A stretch of 63,188 nt of DNA, counting the filler, from Stramenopiles sp. TOSAG23-2 (lineage: Eukaryota): the NCBI GenBank assembly GCA_900128395.1. It is 17 parts of 17 records of this genome, joined end to end, with 100 filler letters (N's around TTAATTAATTAA, not from the genome) between each part and the next. Parts side by side here need not be neighbours in the genome. Positions count along the whole stretch, not along the records: positions 22,473 to 26,101 come from LT651146.1; positions 26,202 to 29,829 come from LT651147.1; positions 29,930 to 33,554 come from LT651148.1; positions 33,655 to 37,273 come from LT651149.1; 13 more parts are not named here. The stretch is one strand, 5' to 3'. Shown here piece after piece: positions 23,656-33,815 of this stretch. The notes beneath the pieces were generated by a model. That model made no database searches, was not told where the DNA came from, and was given only the letters and a program-made list of their open reading frames with translations. Both the position numbers and the translations under genes were made by a program. Each line of letters opens with the position of its first letter. Position 1 is the first letter of the stretch.

Positions 23656-24171
23656 CCGAAGAAAAGTATTAGCAAATGAAGATGAATCTGCGTTACCACC
23701 ATCTGCTATGCGTCGTAGATGTGGAAAAGTATACGTTTGAAAGGAGGATATGGAGAACATGTTGCTGATAAACATCCCGATATGCATATAAACCAGTATC
23801 GACTTTAAAAAAAAATTATATATGTGTCGTAAAATTTAAAATATATCACGAGAGTTTAATATATCATATATGATAAATGATTAAATTTATATTAAAATAT
23901 GATTTAAATAAAGAGGATTTTTAACCATTAATATTTAAAATTTTATATAACCGCGCATTAAATATTAAATTTTATAAAAAAAAATATTTTTTTAAAATAA
24001 AAATACTTTAGAATTTTAACCATATACGTATATTTTTATAAAAAATAAATTTTTTTAAAAAAATATTTTATATGATATATATATATGCATATGTATGCAT
24101 ATCATATCATATCATAAAAAATTTATGCAATATTGATGCATATACGTATATGCATATTATATGTATAATTT

Positions 24172-25107
24172 TTACATCTTACTTGAAATATATTTATTAC
24201 CACCGCTTAATACCCAATGTTTTGGTGGTGTTGTCATTTGTTCTCTTAAATCATTTGGATGACTATTTGGAATTTTACCATCAACATCAGTAAAATCAAA
24301 TTCTTCCGCCAATTCCGTACTTAATAAAATTCGACCAGTACGTGATGGGAAAATTTTATTTAAATTTTCTGAAATGGCAAGTACACAACGTCCACTAAAT
24401 TCTGGTGTTTCACCATTTTCAAAGCCAGGATTATTACCAACTAATTCCGTACGTACTGTACCAGGCCATAATGTAACACAGCAAACATTATGTTTTTTTA
24501 ATTCATGAGCCATATCATTTCCAAGGCGATCCAATGCAGCTTTACCAACACCATATGCAATATCATTTGCAAACCATGCATATTCCAGTCCACCAAAACT
24601 GGAGATATTAACAATTAAACCTTGTTGTTTTGGTACCATAATTTTTGACGCATAGACAGAACATACATAATGTGATCGTAAACCAACATTATGTGATGCA
24701 TTCCAAATACTTAAATCTTTTTCCCAAAATTTTTGACTGTTGCTCTCTAACAGTGCGTTTACAGCTGCATATGCATTGTTGACTAATATGTCTAACCTAC
24801 CATTATTTTCTTTAACTATTGTCTCAAATACATTTTTCGTTGATTCATCATCTGCATGATCGCATATAATTGGAATACATTGTCCACCAGATGATATAGA
24901 AACTTTGTTGATCTCTGCCGCAGTGGTATCCATTGCAACAGGTGATTTTTTCGTCGCAACTTTTGTTCGTCCAGTAATATATACTTTATGCCCAGCTTTG
25001 CATAATGCTAACGCAATACCTTTCCCAATGCCTCTCGATGCACCTGTTACTAAACATATTTTTTGTGATGTTGACATGCTATTATTGTTGTTATATATCT
25101 TCTTCAA
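24172..25107 (-). CDS. DHRS1: Short-chain dehydrogenase/reductase, DHRS1-like
   Basis: VTGASRGIGKG, VYITGR, CDHADD, LDILVNNAY, VGLRSHY, catalytic YGVGK, LWPGTVRTE and ETPEFSGR. Confidence 0.85.
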   Translation of the reverse strand: MKKIYNNNNSMSTSQKICLVTGASRGIGKGIALALCKAGHKVYITGRTKVATKKSPVAMDTTAAEINKVSISSGGQCIPIICDHADDESTKNVFETIVKENNGRLDILVNNAYAAVNALLESNSQKFWEKDLSIWNASHNVGLRSHYVCSVYASKIMVPKQQGLIVNISSFGGLEYAWFANDIAYGVGKAALDRLGNDMAHELKKHNVCCVTLWPGTVRTELVGNNPGFENGETPEFSGRCVLAISENLNKIFPSRTGRILLSTELAEEFDFTDVDGKIPNSHPNDLREQMTTPPKHWVLSGGNKYISSKM

Positions 25108-25743
25108 ATTAAAAAATTAATAAATATACGAACAATATATGTATATATATAGATAGATAGATAGATAGATTAAGATAGATAGATCTTCAATGAATACTAT
25201 TAATATTTAAAAGATAACACTATTGGATATAGATAGATTATAGACAAAGTGTATACACGTACGTACGTGAATATTTCTTTTGTAATAATATATATATGTT
25301 TTTTTTCATGAATAAGAATAATAAATATATTTTCGCATTATTTTATGGTGGTGTGCTGGTGGTGTGCTGGTGGTGGGTCGGTATTAATATAATAAAAGTT
25401 GTTGCTCCAGTCCAGTCTACGTCCTCGTAATCTATAGGTCATAATAGACGACTTTTTTTTCTTAGCTCCAGTGGTGGATGGATCTCTACTAAAAAGTGAT
25501 CTATGAATATATGAAGGAAACATGAAAAAAATAACACTAACACCATAAATGGAAGGTGCGCAATTTGATCAGAGTAGAATTCAAAGGGGCAATTTTAAAT
25601 ACAGGGCAATATAGCATTATTAATACTAGCAGTGACACATCTACAACACACTTTGATTTTACTACTCGTAGTTAAATGAACTCCCTCGGTCGGCCATTAA
25701 AAATTTAAAATAAGCACTCTGGATTTTAAACGCGCACAGTCTC

Positions 25744-26100
25744 TCATTTTTTATTCAACGTGTTATCAAACCAAGTATTTCGATTGGCCGCTGTTATATT
25801 CAATGGATTCTTCTTCTTTATCTTTATATTCAATGGATTCTGTATCCTCGACTTCTTTTTTGTAACATTCAATTCAATACTTTCAAGATTTTTTTTTGGA
25901 ATATTATTTATTTCAACAATACTATCCGAGCTATTAGCAGTACCACGTGTGACAAGACGATTTCCATCTGTGAAACTATTGTTTCCAGTACCTCTAGGGA
26001 TACTATGGTTTCCAGTACTTGCAGAGACATTAGTACCATTGCGGCGGTACGTAGAACGTGCTTTGTGAGAAGATATTTTTGAAACGGTTTTTGCAAATGA
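25744..26100 (-). CDS. C-terminal fragment of an unknown protein, truncated at contig edge
   Basis: Frame open from the edge for 118 codons (SFAKTVSKISSHK...TWFDNTLNKK*). It is absent from the ORF track. Confidence 0.5.
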   Translation of the reverse strand, partial: SFAKTVSKISSHKARSTYRRNGTNVSASTGNHSIPRGTGNNSFTDGNRLVTRGTANSSDSIVEINNIPKKNLESIELNVTKKKSRIQNPLNIKIKKKNPLNITAANRNTWFDNTLNKK

Positions 26101-26201
26101 ANNNNNNNNNNNNNNNNNNNNNNNNNNNNNNNNNNNNNNNNNNNNTTAATTAATTAANNNNNNNNNNNNNNNNNNNNNNNNNNNNNNNNNNNNNNNNNNN
26201 N

Positions 26202-26368
26202 TGATCAATGACGCCCAAGGTATCTTGAATATTACCAATCAGTTCCTTAAAAGGTTCAACTTTATCTTCTTCTTCTAGACGACGCTGAAGATTTGAACCA
26301 GTTGCAGATACTGATGAACATGAGTATGTCGCAAGGAGACATAAGCACAATACAACTGTTAATTTCAT
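26202..26368 (-). CDS. Secreted protein, N-terminal fragment
   Basis: Signal peptide MKLTVVLCLCLLATYSCSSVSA, then NLQRRLEEED; runs off the contig. Confidence 0.7.
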
Positions 26369-26372
26369 GTTG

Positions 26373-26451
26373 TTTTCTTATTTGACTTTCTTTTATTCTT
26401 TTTTCTTATTTGACTTTCTTTTATTCTTCTTTCTTATTTGACCTTCTTATT
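26373..26451. repeat. 28-bp pyrimidine-rich tandem repeat (~2.8 copies) just upstream of the secreted-protein ATG
   Basis: TTTTCTTATTTGACTTTCTTTTATTCTT at 26373 and 26401, degenerate at 26429. Confidence 0.8.
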
Positions 26452-27158
26452 GTTTTGTTTCTTATTTTTGTATGTTCTTTTTGTTTTCTTCTATAGTTTG
26501 TTCTTTCGTATAGCTATGTCATTTTTGTATCTATAGATATATATAATATATCTATGTGGTCAACAATGGTATTCAGATGCTATTATATACCTGGTATGCT
26601 GAAATAATGAATATCTTTTTCAACAATGGTATTCACATGCTAAATAAAAAAAAAATTAAAATGCTGAAACAACAAAAAAAAGTTGAAGCAGGCCAGGGCA
26701 GGGAGAACTGCACAACAACTGGTTGAAGATGATGAAAATATTGAACTATATAAAATATGTCATCAGCTGTTCGTCAGGAAAGCAATCTCTCTCGTTGAGA
26801 AATTATACGTACATGGATGATTATTTTGTACCAGATAGGAAAAAAGAATGGCTTGAACGATACAAAGGAGGAGGAAATAAATCCATTTTTTGCAAGAGGG
26901 TTCTGGGTTAAGCTTCTCTATTTACAGCGCGCTAATTAATATAATATTTTTTATTTTAAAAAATAACTTTTAATTTATTTAAATATATGCATAAATAAAA
27001 TATGAAAAAATTAATGATAATTTATTCAATAACATCATTAAATATGATGATGTCCTGGATATGTCATATCATAAAAATACGTACACATTACCGACGAATA
27101 CAGCATAAATTATGTACACACAAAGAGACATAGAAATACGGACGAAGTGTAAATTCGT

Positions 27159-28793
27159 TTATAAGCGCCAGCCATCCTCACCATAACAACTATCTGGATC
27201 CTTATCACAATGACATGGATCTCTTTTGCATTTTGCTTTACAATCACGATCAGTACTTTTACACTCCTTCTGCATACAATCTTTTTTTGATTTCTGACAA
27301 GAAGCCGAACCAAACCAAATATTGCTACATTCTTCTTTCTCTGTTTTACTTGAAGCTTCTTCTTTGCATCGTTCGAAACATTGTTTTCTGTTCACTTTCT
27401 CTCTCACCGTAGATGGATTTAAACACATCAGTTCTTCATCACTTGGACCAGTTTCTTCAACAGGAGGTGGTGGTGGACAATTCCAACACTGTTGCAAACA
27501 TATCATATTCGCGTTGCCACAAGCATCCGAGCACTCCCTCATGTATTGCATACATCTTGCGCTAAGTCTTCTACTTCGTATACCCATTTTTTTGATGCCT
27601 CCAAATCCTAAATCATCATCTTCATCATAATTTGCATAAGTATTTATATAATTGCTATTTTGACTTTTCAACGAATTCGATGGCGATAAATTGTTCCTCC
27701 ATTGTGAATAATAATGCGTTTTCATCTGTGATGGTGCTAGATAATTTTCAAAGATATTTGATGATGATTGGAGAGAAGATGGTAAATCCCATTTTTTCAT
27801 CACGCTATTATCATCATCAAACGTGTCGAATGATTCGGCTAATTCTGCTTCATTTTTTCCACCAGTAGCTTGATCAAGTTGCTTTGGTATTTGTCTTTCG
27901 AGACTTAGGAAATGACCTAACCTTTGCAATGCAATTAACATATTATAATCTAGAAGAAACTGTATACGTTTTTCATTTAATTTAGCCGGTTTTTTCACCA
28001 AACGAACACTTTCCGATTTTACAAAGCCAAAGAACCTTGTTGTTACTTGTAATATTGCAAAGACATCTGGTGCCAGTTTAAACTTTGTTTGTGTATAAAT
28101 GATTATGATATCCATAGCTTGACGATCAACATTATTTTTCATGAAAAATTGCACTACCGATGCTTTTCCAGTCTTTCCTGATGACCATACTAAATCCTGT
28201 TTCGAAATTCCTTTTCCTTTTGTACGTGTAGCAAATTCTCCAACAAATTGAATCTCTTCTAAATACTCTTTTGGCATATCTTTCAAAACAGGCTTTAAAT
28301 ATTCAAGAAACAGAGGTAAACGTTCCCAATAAATATTTGGAAAATGCATGCATGTCGTCTTGGCGCTATATTTTTTATATCCATTGTTTGTCCATGCACC
28401 AACTAGGAATTCAGCATATTGTCTGCCAAACGCTTGAAGAAGCATTTGAGCCACCTGCAGACCTTGCGACACCACACCAAGCAAAGCTAAAGGTGCAATT
28501 CCAGTATTTTGCAAGGTACCGGCAAGTTCGTCGTTTAACGTTGGTTGTAATTCTTTTGGCAAATCTTCGTCAATAACCACCATCCCTTGGCCAAAAAGAT
28601 CTATGAATCGTTTTACACCCTCATCACCCTCATCATACATTTTCAATTTACCAGTATTCAACTTTTTTCCCAGTGTTGTAGACGACGGTAACATTTCACT
28701 ATTTGGTATTGCACCAAATGCTTTGACATTGTTGATATAATTTGAAGATATCAATAGACAGGTGAGAAATATTGTAGTTATTTTCAGCTTCAT
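27159..28793 (-). CDS. Secreted 544-aa protein: signal peptide, amphipathic helix, globular domain, acidic linker with RRL, Cys-rich tail with paired CxxxC
   Basis: MKLKITTIFLTCLLISS; GIAPLALLGVVSQGLQVAQMLLQAFG; FKLAPDVF; DEDDDLGFGG..RSRRL; CSDAC, CLQQC, CFERC, CMQKEC, CKAKC. Confidence 0.75.
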   Translation of the reverse strand: MKLKITTIFLTCLLISSNYINNVKAFGAIPNSEMLPSSTTLGKKLNTGKLKMYDEGDEGVKRFIDLFGQGMVVIDEDLPKELQPTLNDELAGTLQNTGIAPLALLGVVSQGLQVAQMLLQAFGRQYAEFLVGAWTNNGYKKYSAKTTCMHFPNIYWERLPLFLEYLKPVLKDMPKEYLEEIQFVGEFATRTKGKGISKQDLVWSSGKTGKASVVQFFMKNNVDRQAMDIIIIYTQTKFKLAPDVFAILQVTTRFFGFVKSESVRLVKKPAKLNEKRIQFLLDYNMLIALQRLGHFLSLERQIPKQLDQATGGKNEAELAESFDTFDDDNSVMKKWDLPSSLQSSSNIFENYLAPSQMKTHYYSQWRNNLSPSNSLKSQNSNYINTYANYDEDDDLGFGGIKKMGIRSRRLSARCMQYMRECSDACGNANMICLQQCWNCPPPPPVEETGPSDEELMCLNPSTVREKVNRKQCFERCKEEASSKTEKEECSNIWFGSASCQKSKKDCMQKECKSTDRDCKAKCKRDPCHCDKDPDSCYGEDGWRL

Positions 28794-28828
28794 TTCTTTC
28801 AGTATAAATATCTGTTTTTGTGTGTGTG

Positions 28829-28859
<31 letters not shown>

Positions 28860-29405
28860 GTATATATTATTTTGAAACTGGATATAAGATTTTTTAATGT
28901 TTTTATTCTTGATTTGTTTTTTTACTTTTGTTTTCTATTTCTGTATGTATATATATCTATTATAATACACATTATAATTATCATTTGTTCAATATTATTC
29001 ACACGGGAGTGGATCTACTCACAACACGTTAAGGGTTTATCTGGTAGGCATATACCAGCCATGGTATATGGTGTAGCTGAGTACATGTAGTGTGTTTTAA
29101 TTTGGTGTTACAGTCATATTAGGACCTTAAACATGGCTTCATTTGTCATTTCAGCACTTTTTAATTTCAGCAGATTATTTTTTTTTTCTGGATTTATATA
29201 GGGACATATTAGTAGTTAGTATACACATAAATACACAAACAACAAACTTTTACCAGCAAATATATTGCACAAATGGATATATAGATATACGAAAAGCTAT
29301 AAGAGGATAATATAGTATCATACAAACGAAAGTAAACAATTAAAGCCATAACAAAAATAAAAATATTATATTACGTAGCAATATCAACGACAACAATAAA
29401 AAAAC

Positions 29406-29829
29406 ATGAAACAAATATTAATAATACTCGTAACAATATGTATTATATTATATTCAGCTAATGTAAATGCATATGGTGCCTCTAAATATGATAATGAATT
29501 TGACGATACTGATGTATATGATGAAGAGGTTGACTGCCCGGAAGGTTTTTTCTTCCAAGTTTATCCGCATGGCCAATGTTATCCTAAAGATCCTACAATA
29601 TGGAGAAAGGAGCGAACAACGTATATACCGTACAGAAATAAATATGTATGCAAACCAGGTTACCTAAACTTGGGTATTGATCAGTGTTGGACTCGAGTAA
29701 ATTCTGCTTACGACGAGCTTATGGAGGAAGAAAATGATAAAGATAACAACAAATTTGATACAGACATGGATTACGAAGATGATGATGCTGAAGAAGAAGA
29801 AGAAGAATTCAACGGTCGCAAACTGAAAA
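29406..29829 (+). CDS. Secreted acidic precursor protein, truncated at contig edge
   Basis: Signal peptide MKQILIILVTICIILYSANVNA; a small 4-Cys module (CPEGF..CYP..CKPGY..CW); an acidic tract ending EEEEEFNGRKLK. Confidence 0.7.
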
Positions 29830-29988
29830 NNNNNNNNNNNNNNNNNNNNNNNNNNNNNNNNNNNNNNNNNNNNTTAATTAATTAANNNNNNNNNNNNNNN
29901 NNNNNNNNNNNNNNNNNNNNNNNNNNNNNAGGAACAATCAGGGAGAGAGGTAGATTGATATATCATAACAAAAGAAGAAACACGAAAT

Positions 29989-32079
29989 ATGGATTCAGTT
30001 GGTTGTGTATCTGGCATCACGTCGGGTGAATTGTTTTTCCGTGCATCGGTACGAAATGATCGTTCATGGTTAAATCAAAAAGTTGGACCAAGTTTATTGA
30101 AATTTTTAAACGATGGTATCGATAGGCAGTCTATTTTAGGAAAATTTGAAGCAAGGGAAGATGAATTAAACGAAGCGGAGGAAGTATGTTTACAATGTAG
30201 AAAAAACAGGACCAAAGCATTAAGGGAAAAAATTGTGCAAGCAAATAATCTATGCAAATTATACTTATCCCGTAGCAAATTGTCGTATGAAGATTTTGTT
30301 AAAACATTAGTTGTTTTAATGGATGAATTTGATGATCAAGCTGCTAAGTTTGCGTTATGGTATTTTTCAACGTTAGAGCGTGAACGAGTTATATATAGAC
30401 GAAGGTTAGGGGAAGAAGTTACTTCCTGTGATAGTTTGCAACAACATTTAAAAGCTTCATTGAGGTTAAATATTTTTGCGATACATTTAGAAAGTGAAAC
30501 AGATCGACAAGTATTGTTAAAACGTTTGCCATCATCACATCCACAATATATACGTTGTAGACGGGCAGCAAGTGAAAATTTGAAACCTGGATTTTTTGAC
30601 GGTGCACCTAGTTTTAATGGTATTAACGTTTTAGACGTTTACAAAGTTGAAAACAAACCATTGTTGGAACGTTTTCAAAGTTGTGCTGCAATGTTAGAGC
30701 CTGGAAAGGTGAAAGGTTTATTTACCAGTGTACCTGCAAAAGCGGTGGAACGTACGGTCGTATTAGGATTTGGTCCATTGGATCATGATGCACCATATAA
30801 AAGACCAAAAATTATTGATGAGGATGAGGACGATGTATTAAATGGAAAAGGAACAGATGGTAAATCCTTGGCAGATAAAGCTATGGCAAAATTAAAACCA
30901 AGAAAAGAAGACATATTTAGGCGTGCGTGGTTTGCATTTCATGATAAAGGTGATGGATATGCTGAAAAAATAGTGGATCAAGCTAGTATTGCAACGTTTC
31001 CACGTACGTTTTCCCGTTATAGCACCGTTGAAGTTGATCGATTTCATATACATGAATCTCATCGTTTGAAAAGTAATCCAGGATTAGCAACGGAGGAAAA
31101 TAAAGAAAGTAAAATGGCAAAAGAACGTTGGGAGAAATCTACGGATGGTGGCGGCCCAGTCAGTGATGAAATTAGATATTTAATTTTATGCCGTGTCGTG
31201 ATTGGTAAAGTATTTGTAACATCGAAAGAATACCGTGGATTCCCAACCGTTGGTAAAAATCCTGCATTTGATTCCATGTACAATCCATTGCAAGAAGAAT
31301 ATTTAGTATTGAGGCCTGTTCAAGTTTTACCCGAATTTGTTATACAATATACGTACAATAATGATGCGTCAAAAGTTGTATCGACGTTGGAATCATCGCC
31401 AATATTACCCGTAGATTTATCAACTGCTGGGATGAAAATGCCAACTGCTGGATGGGATTTACAAATATCTTCACCATCCACCGCATCGCCAAATAGCAAC
31501 AATAGCTCCAACGATAAGCATGTTAAAAAAGCTCAAAAAAGTGACCATGAAGATAACGTACGAAGATCTGTTCCAGCAACTCCTACGACTAGCGGCATAC
31601 GTTTGGCACAAATTCCACTAGATCGTGAAAATAACAATAATAATGTAAATAGTAAATTGTCCCCGAAAAGCGAGAAGAACAAGTCGAAATCAAACAACAA
31701 CAATGGAGCATCTGAAATGATTAATGTGAAATTATTGGAAAAACGTTTGAAAAATCAAGCAACGGAAACAAGTCGAAGAGAAGCTTTGACCTCTTGGGAA
31801 CAATTACGTTTAAATGCTGCAAGGCAACGTGAAACTATATTAGATGCAACGGATAATTTGCATGCATCATATAAACGTAAAGCAACGCAATTGCGCCATT
31901 GGGAAAGTGCAAGATTACGTGAAACGTTTTCTGGCGCACCTGAATTAGAAAGTGTCCAATCAATGAAACATGCTATTGATAGAGCAGAGAAAGATTTAAT
32001 GCGACAAGTTGCACGTAGAAGGGAAATGGAAAATGAAATGAATAGTATGAAGAAGAAAAACAATATTAGGCGGAGGTGA
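29989..32079 (+). CDS. Coiled-coil protein with degenerate PARP/ADP-ribosyltransferase-like domain
   Basis: VYKVENKPLLERF, YLILCRVVIGK and FDSMY....EEYLV...QVLPEFVIQY match the PARP fold. The LFHGT position reads LFTSV. Confidence 0.7.
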   Translation: MDSVGCVSGITSGELFFRASVRNDRSWLNQKVGPSLLKFLNDGIDRQSILGKFEAREDELNEAEEVCLQCRKNRTKALREKIVQANNLCKLYLSRSKLSYEDFVKTLVVLMDEFDDQAAKFALWYFSTLERERVIYRRRLGEEVTSCDSLQQHLKASLRLNIFAIHLESETDRQVLLKRLPSSHPQYIRCRRAASENLKPGFFDGAPSFNGINVLDVYKVENKPLLERFQSCAAMLEPGKVKGLFTSVPAKAVERTVVLGFGPLDHDAPYKRPKIIDEDEDDVLNGKGTDGKSLADKAMAKLKPRKEDIFRRAWFAFHDKGDGYAEKIVDQASIATFPRTFSRYSTVEVDRFHIHESHRLKSNPGLATEENKESKMAKERWEKSTDGGGPVSDEIRYLILCRVVIGKVFVTSKEYRGFPTVGKNPAFDSMYNPLQEEYLVLRPVQVLPEFVIQYTYNNDASKVVSTLESSPILPVDLSTAGMKMPTAGWDLQISSPSTASPNSNNSSNDKHVKKAQKSDHEDNVRRSVPATPTTSGIRLAQIPLDRENNNNNVNSKLSPKSEKNKSKSNNNNGASEMINVKLLEKRLKNQATETSRREALTSWEQLRLNAARQRETILDATDNLHASYKRKATQLRHWESARLRETFSGAPELESVQSMKHAIDRAEKDLMRQVARRREMENEMNSMKKKNNIRRR

Positions 32080-33549
32080 ATTAAATTTTAAACGTAATCG
32101 TCTTCGACGTTTTGTAGACGTATCAGATGCTTCCATTGCTTGCCGTTCAACCTCAACGGCGCGTTCTTCCTTTAATAATCGATCCATATCTGCTAATTGA
32201 CGTTGACGCAGTCCCTCTAATTGCTCAAAACCATCTAACAATTGGTTTGAATTATTCTTATTATTGGATAATGTGAACGATTGATTTGAATGTTTTGCAA
32301 ATTCTTTTTGAAAAAATGTTTTTGGTTGAGGTTGTTCTATATCACGATGTGCCAAATTAGCAGTATTCGCATGACGTGCTGATCTACCTAATTTTCTCCT
32401 AGCTTTTGGACCGGGTAAAAATCCACTTGATGAAGATGTTGCAAAATCACTTAATAATGGTTTTGGATCACGTGGATTTTTTTTAGTTGGATTTGCTGTT
32501 TTAGTTCTTGCTAAACGTATTCGCTCTATACGTTCATTAATTATTTCGGTATTTTTTTTACCATACGATGGACGGGGACGTTTTGTTTGCATTGTTATTT
32601 GTGCTTGTTTTTCACGGCGTAAACTTTGTACCGTATTTGGACGATTTTTAATGCTTATTATTGACGAAGTATTATCATAATCATCGAGAAATTGACTAGA
32701 TGATTTACTGTTATTCAATCTTTGTTGTTTTTGTTGCATTAAATAATCATTATATACATTTGATGACAAAATGGATGAAGCTGAATGTAATATTTGTTTA
32801 CTAAATTTATTTTTATTTTTTGTTTCATGTTTATTAATTAATTTGATTTTTTCACCAGTTTCAAAATCTATTACCACTTTATCTAATGAATCTTTTGGGG
32901 GTGATGTAGCATAATTATAATCATCATCATCATCGTCTTCATCTTCTATATCTAATATATTCTGCCCATCCTCCTCGTCCTCGTCTTCATCATCATAATA
33001 TTCATCTCCTTCTTCTACTAATACTTTATCATTATCCCATAAGCTACTATTTTGAAAACCTAACATCATACCATAATTACCATCATTAATATCAATATTT
33101 TGTAAGGAACTTGAATTTCTTGCTAAACTTGTCAAAGATTCAAAACTAGTTGGTTCTAATAATTTTCCTGAACTTAAAAGTTTTTCTGCAGTTTCTTTTA
33201 AACGAGCTCTTTCTCTACTTTGTTGGTCATTAATAAATCTAGCTTGCATTTTCATATCTTCACGCAATTTTAAAAAATTTTCAGTACGTTTTGCTTTTGC
33301 TTCTGCTTTTTCTCGAATGGTTTTTGATTTGTTTTGGATCTTTTCTCTAAATGCATCCAACTCTTTTGCACGAGCAGCTGCACGTATACGCATTTCATCT
33401 TTAGATTGTAATATCTCAAACGAACCAAAATGTGATATGTCTATCTCTGAATCTTCTTCCTCAAATGTTTTCGTATTTAACATATCCTCTGTGACATCAT
33501 CATCTAATTCTTCTGCCAGTCTCTTTACCGGTTGAATATAATATGCCAT
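31996..33549 (-). CDS. Low-complexity coiled-coil protein of unknown function; 3' end doubtful
   Basis: 517-codon ORF with charged helical segments. The last 84 bp overlap the convergent PARP-like gene. Confidence 0.6.
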   Translation of the reverse strand: MAYYIQPVKRLAEELDDDVTEDMLNTKTFEEEDSEIDISHFGSFEILQSKDEMRIRAAARAKELDAFREKIQNKSKTIREKAEAKAKRTENFLKLREDMKMQARFINDQQSRERARLKETAEKLLSSGKLLEPTSFESLTSLARNSSSLQNIDINDGNYGMMLGFQNSSLWDNDKVLVEEGDEYYDDEDEDEEDGQNILDIEDEDDDDDDYNYATSPPKDSLDKVVIDFETGEKIKLINKHETKNKNKFSKQILHSASSILSSNVYNDYLMQQKQQRLNNSKSSSQFLDDYDNTSSIISIKNRPNTVQSLRREKQAQITMQTKRPRPSYGKKNTEIINERIERIRLARTKTANPTKKNPRDPKPLLSDFATSSSSGFLPGPKARRKLGRSARHANTANLAHRDIEQPQPKTFFQKEFAKHSNQSFTLSNNKNNSNQLLDGFEQLEGLRQRQLADMDRLLKEERAVEVERQAMEASDTSTKRRRRLRLKFNSPPPNIVFLLHTIHFIFHFPSTCNLSH

Positions 33550-33815
33550 ATTTANNNNNNNNNNNNNNNNNNNNNNNNNNNNNNNNNNNNNNNNNNNNTT
33601 AATTAATTAANNNNNNNNNNNNNNNNNNNNNNNNNNNNNNNNNNNNNNNNNNNNCATTGAAAAAGAAAGACAAAGGGGAGGTTACTTATTATTGATGTCG
33701 AGAGATTTTAAAAAAAAAATGTTTAAAATATACTAAATACCTTATTCTATCTAGATTATAAAACTGTTAAGATCCATTTTGCATTGCACTTTTCACTTTT
33801 CACAAAAAAAATAAA

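Noticed and set aside
29932-29988. In-frame TGA at 29956 upstream of the PARP-like ORF suggesting Trp or Sec recoding
   Set aside because: Too little sequence before the contig edge; a 5' UTR or an intron explains it equally well.
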